The translations under genes were made by a program, and so were the position numbers. DNA of 64,000 nucleotides from Octopus vulgaris (taxonomy: Eukaryota), in assembly GCA_951406725.2 (NCBI GenBank), contig OX597826.1, positions 5,952,001 to 6,016,000 on the forward strand. Reading direction: 5' to 3'. Positions 54,061 through 64,000 of this stretch are shown one piece after another. The notes under the pieces were generated by a model. It searched no databases. It saw only the letters and a program-made list of their open reading frames with translations, and had not been told where the DNA came from. Position 1 is the first letter of the stretch. Every line of letters starts with the position of its first letter.

Positions 54061-55209
54061 ATTCACTTGAAAATATTTAAGTTAATACACTACAACATTT
54101 ACCAGAAAAACATTTTATAAATTGTGATACCGGTAATTATCCACCAGACTTATAGAATCGCTGACGTTGGTTATTTACATCTTTGCATTACTAATATATG
54201 TTGTGTGATGAATTAGATGCATAATACATTTTTTATTATATTCTTGCCTTTAGACGTAATTAATGTAGATGTTTTTTGCAATCAAGAGTGTTAAGTTTGT
54301 AATCATTGCAAGTATTATAAATTCAACAATAAATATATGGAGCGGCTTCAACGTTGCTCGCTGACAAATATCTGCAAACGTCCACACACGTTTATTAATA
54401 TTTATATTTCAAGCACACACTGCCCCTGCTCTACCCCGACATTCGTAGATACACACGCACAATGCACACACAAGCATACACACACACACACGCACGCACA
54501 AAAGAGGGCAACTCAGAGACTCATACACAAATACACATACACATGTATTGTGTTTGTTAGTGTATTACGTTTTGTAGGTTGCATGTTTTTACACAATCGA
54601 TTTTGGACATTGCTGATGCAACAATTAATGAGATTCTCATGAATGAAAATTTACTGAATTTCATGGCTACAAGATACATTTTGATATAGTAATTAGTGTA
54701 CCATGATAGGCTGGCGGCTGTGGAAATATCGTTTCTCTATAATTGCTATAATTACTGTTCATGTGAAGGAAAGATAAATTAAAGTAATAGCGAGCTTATG
54801 TACTTTAACAAAATTCAAATGTCTCGACTCTCATCTTAAACAATACATACATCCTCGCACACCTCACATGGACACATTCAATCACACATTCAGATACACA
54901 CACCTTTATCAGCAAATGCATTATTTCTATAATAATATCAAGTGATAAAAATCACCAGCTTCTCACTGAGCAATGTTGTCGTTATAATATTAAACTTTTT
55001 CCCTAATAAAACAAAAACTGGTCTAGTATTTAATATCATATAAATGAAAATATTTGCGGAAAGTCCTGAAACTGATAAATCTAATTTTACAGCATTTTAA
55101 CAAATTCTTATACTTGAGCGCACTTCCAGTATTGTATATAACATGGAAAACTGTTGTGGGTAACTTGTAGGATATGGCGTCGCTAAATCACATTTTGTTA
55201 TGAGAGAGA

Positions 55210-55400
55210 TTAGTCGTGCTGTAAGAATCGTTAGATCAGACAAAATGCATAACAGTATTTCAACATCTGACTCTTTACGGGTGTGAGGTCAACTTTGCTT
55301 TTCATCCTTCCAGGGTCGAGAAAATAGTGTACCTGTCAGGTACTAGGATCAATGTAATCGACTAAAACCTGGAACAAAATTTCAGGCGTTTTGCCTGATT
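55210..55400 (+). mobile_element. Decayed SINE family B
   Basis: GAGGTCAACTTTGCTTTTCATCCTTCCAGGGTCGA. Confidence 0.65.
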
Positions 55401-57671
55401 TAATGTGGATTAAATCGTCTAACATTTAAACTCAAATGCGATTGTCAAACCTCTCGGCACAGTCTCATCATCTGCTTTGTTCTTAATTTATGTAGGAAGA
55501 TCATCTTTTTATTGCCTAACACTTCTTCATTTTATTGATTTTTAGTTTCTGACGTAGACTTAAAGAATAAAAAAATTATGTCATCCTCCCTCTTTCAAAG
55601 TGACATTAGACTGAAAAAAATAATAACAAATAGCAAAAATGCTGTTACTTAAATTTCAGAATAATATACTTAACCCATATGTATATTAAATGTGAATATT
55701 GATTTTTGTCGGATACAATATAAAGGGCAATAAATTTAAAGAGATAACAAGTTTGCATGTTGACAATGCATTCGTTCAATACATTCTGCCCTGTGTAACC
55801 AATGTCCTGGTTTGAATTCAAAATATCAATATATATTTTAGAACAATGATGATTTATTAAACTTCCTCCGCTCTAAATTCTCATCTCAAAATAAATTGTT
55901 TTGTTAGGTTACCGTGTTCGAAGTACCCTCACATTGCCCTTCGATCATTATGGGTTTCGCTGAACATAAAGCCTAACAACATCCGTCTAAGCATATAGGT
56001 ATGATTACGAATTCATTACGTATGCAAGCTATCTGCGAAATCTGCACGTTTCTGTGATAACCTCGATGCCTTTCAAACCTTCATTAACATATTTCTATTC
56101 TTTCAAATACCTACACAGGGCATTGAATAGATTCTTCTCTTTATCTGTGTAGGTTCCATATCCGAAAGTGTCTAATAACGATGGAACTAGTAACACAGCG
56201 ATTCACGATTTTCCTATTCTAAAATATTGGGCATTGTTTGATAGAAAGATATCAAAGCTGATCGAATCAATTATAATTTTCCAAATCAATGTAAATACAT
56301 CGTTAGATTTAATTACCAAATCATTTCATGTTTTTCCCTCGGAAAGAAAAGTAACAAAAATGAAAAGCGAATTAATAACATTGTTGCAAATATATAAAGA
56401 ATTTTTCAGTTTTTGTTTACTACATTTATTCCCATTTTTACTGTCTCTTTTATTCGTTTCCGTTTAGTAAAAGCGATTGCAGTTTAAAAGGAAGTTCATC
56501 AAATATACAATAGATGGAGCAAATAATTATAGGAAATAAACAGCCGGTTTGTTTACTGTTTAATAATGCATCCGAGTATGCTACAAAACAAACTGCTGTC
56601 CCTAAGCGAATTAATAATAAATTAAACATCTCTTTTGAGCAGCATCTTGGGAATTTCTTACTTCATTAAATCAAACATTGTGGTCATTAAAAGAGAAATT
56701 GGTGTATATTTCTTATCTTCAAAATGATGTATTTTCATAATGTGATTATTTAACCGACCAACAAATATCATACTGCGGACCAATTAACTCTTTAAAACAG
56801 AAAACCCAAAATTCTTTTTTGTTCTGTATACACACATTAATCAGAAAAGTGGGATTATAGCGTATAATATTCTGAATAGACTACGTGTTATACGATCATG
56901 TGCGTGCATTTGCTTAGGTATGAGTATCTATCTCTTTTTACCGCTAGTATATATTTTTAAATATTTCATTTGCAACAACTCGTAAACTACGCTCCAGTAC
57001 ACTGTGGTAGAATTTCTTTACTCTATGACCAAATTTAAGTGTTCTGATTATCTCCCTTTTTCACGAGATTATCCAATCTAACGCCTACATAGCTATGTTA
57101 TCGATAGAGAAAGCCGTGTCTAAATAGTTTCTGGGCTAAAATTAATAATCCAGCGATCTTTATCCTCATATTGGTGTAATTTTAATTAAATCGTTTTCTC
57201 GCTAATCACATCAAGTACATTAACATCGGTTTAACTATTTTCATAGGAATTTTTCCGTTGTTATTTTTCTTTTCTCAGTTTTCTTAGTTTTCATAGTAAA
57301 GATTATACTTTTCTCAAAATGTATAAGAAAACCAAATCAAGTTGGATGTTCTTACCACATGACCAAATCCAGAAAACTCTCCAATACACAATTCGATTTC
57401 ATTTTGAATTGCCATATTTTTTTTAATTCACGAGTTATCTCCCCTGATTTCCAGGCAAGAAGCTACGTTTTTTTCTCGGAATTTTAGTGAAATGTAATGT
57501 TTTAGTTCCGTACACCAAATACTGTATCAAATATATAATAACGCATGTTACTATTATTTTCAGTCAAAACAGATCTTGATTATAATTTCAGTTCAGTTTG
57601 ATGTGACAGAGTAACGTCTGTTATATTTTCGGGTAGAAATACCCAATTGATAACAATAATAATAAAAACTG

Positions 57672-57886
57672 ATTCTGTTGTGTCTAGGGAGAGTAATTTT
57701 CTTTTTGTGCCTTATTATCTAACACACTCACCTGTAAAATTTCCACTTTTTTCTTATTTTTATTGTTGCAAGACGCAACGAATATTTTGGGACAACAAAA
57801 ATAAGATAAAAGTGGAAATTTTACCGGTGAGTGTGTTAAATTATAAGGCACAAAAAGAAAAGGACGCTCTCCAGACACAACAGAAT
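57672..57886. repeat. 215-bp fold-back palindrome (~95-bp arms, ~25-nt spacer)
   Basis: ATTCTGTTGTGTCT..TTTTGTGCCTTA..AACACACTCACC..AAAATTTCCACTTTT is mirrored on the right arm. ORFs 57647(+) and 57684(-) share near-identical peptides. Confidence 0.93.
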
Positions 57887-59164
57887 ATGATTCAACACAC
57901 GAACTCATATAAAGAATCTTGCAAACCAAATCCAAAAACTAAAAATAAAAACTGATGATTTGGTGAAAAGAATGTTCAGCTGTTATCATTTTTCAATATA
58001 TCTAAGTTCTGACCCCTTTTTTTTAGTTCTTAACGTACTCTAATTGTATAAGTGAATTAAGTAATTTCAAATTCAAAAGTTTATTGATATAGTGACAGAA
58101 AAAAAAATGAAGCATTTTCAATCACTTTCACAAAATTATTTCACAAATTTTGAACACAGTATGTTACATTATAAGAAATTTTCTATAGGCTAATTCTTAC
58201 AGGTGCTATAAAAGTTTGAATAAAAATCGAAATATGCCTCGTGATGTAACACGGGCGACATCTTGCAATATTTCTTGTAGAATATTGTCTTCAGAAATAT
58301 GTGCAAAAAGTTAAATACGCAGAGAATGTTGCCATAATATCAGAATAAAACTGTAAAAGTGGAACATTTTATAACCAATATGTAGTTTTTAACAATCGTT
58401 GTTTTAATCATGAATTTAGAATTGTACTGTGGTGTATATTGAGATGTACAAGATTGGTAGAGATGATAACCTAACATGAATTCTGCATGATAATGCAGTG
58501 ACGAGAAGAAAGCTTCTCTTGGATATAGCTTGATGCAGCCTAAGATTAATTAATGCGAAATCATCATTGAAAAGTTCATTAGATATTGCATAGAATCTAA
58601 GGTAATGAATATACACCTTCTGAAAGATTGTGTTGGGATCTCCGTACAGAAGAAATGTCTCCAAACACTTAGAGGATTGTGTACGGTGAGTATAAATTTA
58701 GACACGTGTGCGCCGGCGTACATATACTCATGAGTGTACAGAGATGCATAAAAGCATCACCCATATGCTTATCTACAAAGAGACATGGAAGAAGTCAAAA
58801 TTGCATAAAAATATAGTATTATCATATCGAAACAGAATACTGTCAATCAGGTAAGAAAGGTACTATATAGAAGGAACTGATATAGATTGGATCACTCGAT
58901 TTCCTGTTTGTATTTATCAATGGCGTAAAGTTGATTTTGGCTCTCCTATTCTTTTTTTAAAAATATTCTTACATCCTACCGGTGTAAACGTTATAATATG
59001 TCTCTTCTCTACGGCCCACAAAGGCGATTTTTGTCTATGAAGGTGGCAACTCAGTTATCTGGAAAAGACTAAACACGCCCATGTAATAGAAAAGAGTTAT
59101 GTACGCAACACACCTTGAAGTAAAAAGAAATGCATGTATAGATGTTGAAATTAGAAACTTGCAT

Positions 59165-59585
59165 GGGGCGGGGAGCGGGCAGTATCGTTAGCCACCTGGA
59201 AAATGCTCAGGTGCATTTCGTTCGCCTAAACATCTTAGGTACAAATTCCATCGAGGTCGACTTTGGCAGTCATCAATTTGGTGGTCGAGATATTAAATAT
59301 CAGTTGAGAGAGCGGGTCGGTGTAATCAACTAGCCATTTTCTTAACAATGTGCCAAAACCTGAAAGCAATATTAATATTATCACTAAAGCGGCAAGCTGG
59401 CAGAATATTGAGTACAACAGGTAGATTTCTTAGCGGCATGTCGTTCGTTTTCACCTTCTGAATTCACGTATCACTCAGGTTGACCCTTCCCTTCTTTCTT
59501 TCCGATTCGATGAGATAAGTACCAATTGACTTACCCCCCACCACCACTGAAAGTGATGACTTTGAGCTAAAATTTGGAATCATTA
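59165..59585 (+). mobile_element. Two tandem decayed SINE family B copies
   Basis: CAAATTCCATCGAGGTCGACTTT and AAAGCGGCAAGCTGGCAGAA..GATAAGTACCA. Confidence 0.6.
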
Positions 59586-60196
59586 ATAGAAACTTGTAAA
59601 CAGCTTGCTCATGCAAGTGTTGTCAGTCGACAGCATTGCATACCTAGCATCAATAGGACTCAGTGGTACTAAGGAAGAAAAACAAATACGCAGATTTTCG
59701 GTGCCTACATCTCGATGGCTTTACAGGGCACCGGCCCTACGCACTGATGTGAGGCTCCCACCTATTGTGTCGACTAACTAGTATGTAATCCTAATTCCTC
59801 CATTTCGTGATCGTCTGCACTGTTGAAATTTTGAAGAGATGAAACGAAACTTAATGATTTGGTCATGCACAATTTCCTTTAAGGATCTTGCAGAAACTGG
59901 ACAAGAAAATAAGTAATAAAAACAGGCATAAAACAATTACTAAAAACAACAAAATTTTTGTTTCATAGCCACTCATCTATCATTTTTTCTTTAGTGATGT
60001 ATAATTCTTTATGCCTTCTGTAAAATTAGAAGTTTATAGTGAATAATATCTCCCATAAATATGGTACACTGTCCAGCTTTCTACATTCTATAAACAACAA
60101 TTTTGATGTTAATCACGCACGCATACATAGACATATATATACATACATTCATAAATTTATACGAGCATACATGCATACATATATACATACATAAAT

Positions 60197-60254
<58 letters not shown>

Positions 60255-60814
60255 GCATGTATATGTATGTGCATGTATGTTGATATGTATGTATGTGGGG
60301 AGGTATGTATGAATAAATAAGTGTGTGTCTGTGGCTCTACGGCACTGTATATAGGAATGACGTAATGCATTTTTGATGACGTACATTTAACAAGTGTTAG
60401 GTTGTGTGTGTTTGTGTGCGTGTGTGTGTATGTACACGTGTGTGTGTGTGTGTGTGCATGTGTCCGTATTTATGTGTATGTGCGTGTGTTAACGCGTGTG
60501 TGAGTTTGTGTGAGTTGCTGAATAAATTTAAGTAGTGATCAGGTATTTACTTATCTTTTTCACCCAGAAGATATCATCCACACGAGAATATTCCCGTATC
60601 TTATATTTACAAGTTACATTTTAATAGGATTAGATGTCTGGTCTGCTCAAAGAGAGAAAAAAATCAACACACATACACACACATGCATGAACACACATAC
60701 ACACAAGCACACATATATTATTTATATATAAACGTATATATTTGCGCGCATGTCAGTGTGCATGCGTGTGTTTGAAAATATGTATATGTATATATATATG
60801 TATATTTACATGTA

Positions 60815-60865
<51 letters not shown>

Positions 60866-60960
60866 ATATGTATATATGTATATATGCATATGGTTATATT
60901 TTGGAATGGCCATATATATATACATGTATATATGAATATATGTATATGCATATATGTATA

Positions 60961-61016
<56 letters not shown>

Positions 61017-61869
61017 AGTTGTAATTTCGTATTCATATTAATAATATTTACATATTTTATGTGTATGTGTATTTGTTTTGCTTAATCTGGTTACTATATT
61101 CCGCCTTTTCCTTTAACACTCTTATAAATTATAGATATTTTTTTTTACTATAATTGTGTAATTTGTTTTGAAAATTCTTCGAAGATAAGCAAATGGCGTC
61201 GCTTGAGCTTATTATTTTATTTTATTTTATTCTGTTTTATGTACACAGACATTAAAATAGTAGTTTACACAAGTATACACCAAGACAGAGAACATGAACG
61301 ACTTGTAAGTTTACTTTGAATTTAACGCCTATCACGCTTTTCAAAGTAATTAGATAAATACAACCAGGCTAAGATTAAGTGAGCCAGATATATCTTGTCT
61401 TCATGTTTTTTTTTCTTTATATATTTATCATGAAAATGAAAATTGTTATATCAAACTAGAAACGATGTGGAAATCGCACGCTCAAAAGGAGTTGCTTTAT
61501 TGTTTTGCTTCCTGGAATAAGAGATAATACAAAATACAAACGTCTGATAGACGCCTGAACATTATAAGTTGGCAAATACTATTTTTCGCTGTGCAAATTT
61601 CAACACAACCTTATACAGATAAACATTTCCTAACAGCAAATAAGCTTCAATATATTTTCTTTTTATCAGTTTAATGCTTCTATTCAGGATAAACATAACA
61701 TTAGTAATATGATTCTATGAGAAGTCAGTCCTGCTGCACAGAATAAAAAAAAGAGAAGAGGAAAAAAACGAAATATATGTATAGATTTCTAATAGCTTGT
61801 GTTGTTTGTATGATCTTTAAAACGGAGCATGGAAGATGAATATAGATAAAGTTAAAGCTTTTACTTCAG

Positions 61870-61960
61870 GATAAGAGAATATGAAAGACAAAGATTACGA
61901 ATACAGAAATTATCAAAAGTGGAACCACACAAAAACTACGATAAAACTGTGAAAACCAAG
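61870..61960 (+). other. Candidate internal exon (91 nt), product unknown
   Basis: TTTTACTTCAG| purine-rich body |AAG-GTAAGT. One open frame IREYERQRLRIQKLSKVEPHKNYDKTVKTK with no recognised homology. Confidence 0.3.
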
Positions 61961-62945
61961 GTAAGTTAATGAACAGCGTACCTTTGATACAGAAAACTGT
62001 GTGAAAACGGTTTGCTATGTTGATAATATTCACAGTATTGGAAAATAATGTAACGTTTTCATTTTATGCCATAATATATTTATTCTGAATTTTCTTTTTG
62101 TCCATAGTAACTATATGTTTTGAGATAAGGAATATTGTATACACTAATGGACCTCATGGTCCTGATATGAGGAATATTAAGGTATTAAGATAAACATATA
62201 TGACGTAATTCCATAGTGCATAGGAAAAAACCATTTTAGTTAAATCGCTATTTAATCAATATATTCTTTGATATTTCTACAGGGTAAAATACCCAAGGAT
62301 GACATAAATATATAAAGTACCGATGCTCCCAGACATCAAGTGTTCAAATTACTTAAGTTTGTTCGAAATGATACTGTGTGGAGATATCCTTTTCCTTAAA
62401 TCTTTTGAACATGTGCCTAGTAAGCACGATCGCTGTCCATCTACTCTTTCAAAGAACCAGAGCCCTAAACTGCATTTTGAGTTATCTTTCCTTCCACAGC
62501 TATAGCTACATAGATACTTTGGTAAAACATCTTCCATAAGACATAATATTCTTAGAATAACACGATTATGTGACAAGCGTAATTTTGACGATACGTGAAC
62601 TTTATTGTTGCATAGACACTATTTCATTGATCTCAATGGAGGCCGACCCACTTCACACTACGTTCCAATTATTATTATTTTTCTAATATTTCGTTTTATG
62701 GTTGGATTTCCCTTAGTATTTCGATTAATGATCTACTCCACGATATTTTAAGCCGTAATGTAAAGTATTTTCAGGCATTTTGTTTTTACAATGTATGAAT
62801 TTTTTTCAGTATAGATTCAGTGAAATCAATAAATATTCAGTTTTCGGCACCAATTTTGTCTATATTTATGAATTATGAGGCTTACAAAATTTATTTAATG
62901 GATTGTATAAAAGTGTACATTTATATTACATAATGGATAACATTG

Positions 62946-63069
62946 ATATCACATGCCATTTGTGATATAATATCAAATAATTTCATACAAATATATGTGT
63001 AATAGACGCACATATATATGCATCTATCCATATATAATACATATATGTATAATATATATATGTATAATA

Positions 63070-63112
<43 letters not shown>

Positions 63113-63279
63113 GAATGTATATATATATATATATATTATGGATGTATACACGCATATATATATATATACACATATATATACGTATATCACATGCAATTTG
63201 TGATATAACATAAAATAATTTCATACAGATATATGTATAATAGACGTACATATATATGCATCTATCCATATATAATACA

Positions 63280-63290
<11 letters not shown>
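62946..63290. repeat. Tandem duplication, 238-bp period
   Basis: ATATCACATGC(C/A)ATTTGTGATATAA..GCATCTATCCATATATAATAC at 62946 and 63184. Confidence 0.85.
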
Positions 63291-63325
<35 letters not shown>

Positions 63326-63332
63326 CATATAC

Positions 63333-63373
<41 letters not shown>

Positions 63374-63431
63374 TATATGTATATATATTACATATATATA
63401 TACATACATTTATATATACATATATATATAC

Positions 63432-63488
<57 letters not shown>

Positions 63489-64000
63489 CATACAAACACA
63501 CACTCACAGACACACACACGTATGGAGGTGTGCCAGCGGATATGTACAAGCTGAGTTGACTATTGTCAAATTTGTGATTATTATATTTGATGCGTTTGAT
63601 AAAAATTCTCAAATCTGCCTGCATATGTATTTCTATTGTCTCAAAAGGTAATAATGAACGTGCAACATGCAGACAACCTGTGTGATTAAGCTTACTTTTG
63701 CAGTTCTTTGAATGAAAGCCAGACCTTCAGTCTCCAGTTAAAGACGTGAGCATTTCTGTTATCCCCGGGATTTCGCAGTACCACAATCCAGCTAATTCAT
63801 TCACATTGTGAGCAGCGAATGTGTATTTGTTTTCATTTCACAGGTTTCCAGTACACCTGAACATTATTTTCTTTCATGTCATCATTTATATCACTTCACT
63901 AATTATTTAGTGCTTTATGCAAATATGTGCAATATAGTCATATAGTCAGACCTACTGCTTGGTTTTTCTTATATGGCCGTGAGTCATTCTGTTTTAGAGA

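Overview
AT-rich, microsatellite-dense animal genomic DNA, intronic or intergenic. The tRNA-derived SINE set and the (TA)n/(AAT)n load point to an octopus (coleoid cephalopod), which is my inference from recall and not a database result. No intact host protein-coding gene is supported, and nearly all listed ORFs are microsatellite or SINE translations. The window holds about 30 SINE copies from at least 4 families, an R4/Dong-type LINE cluster inside (AAT)n, and RTE/BovB-type LINE remnants. It also holds three Tc1/mariner remnants, a CMC/Chapaev-like transposase relic, a TIR MITE and non-autonomous Helitrons. The most interesting signal is two Penelope-like GIY-YIG remnants, each followed by a type I hammerhead ribozyme motif (34870-34912 near-canonical, 19441-19532 with an enlarged stem II), plus several degenerate hammerhead-like cores, most in short units beside (TA)n. 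Also notable are fold-back structures (a 215-bp palindrome, a ~340-bp local inverted duplication inside a LINE, an inverted SINE pair), a candidate TATA promoter near 42.7 kb and candidate plus-strand exons at 58-64 kb. All family names come from motif recognition by eye.
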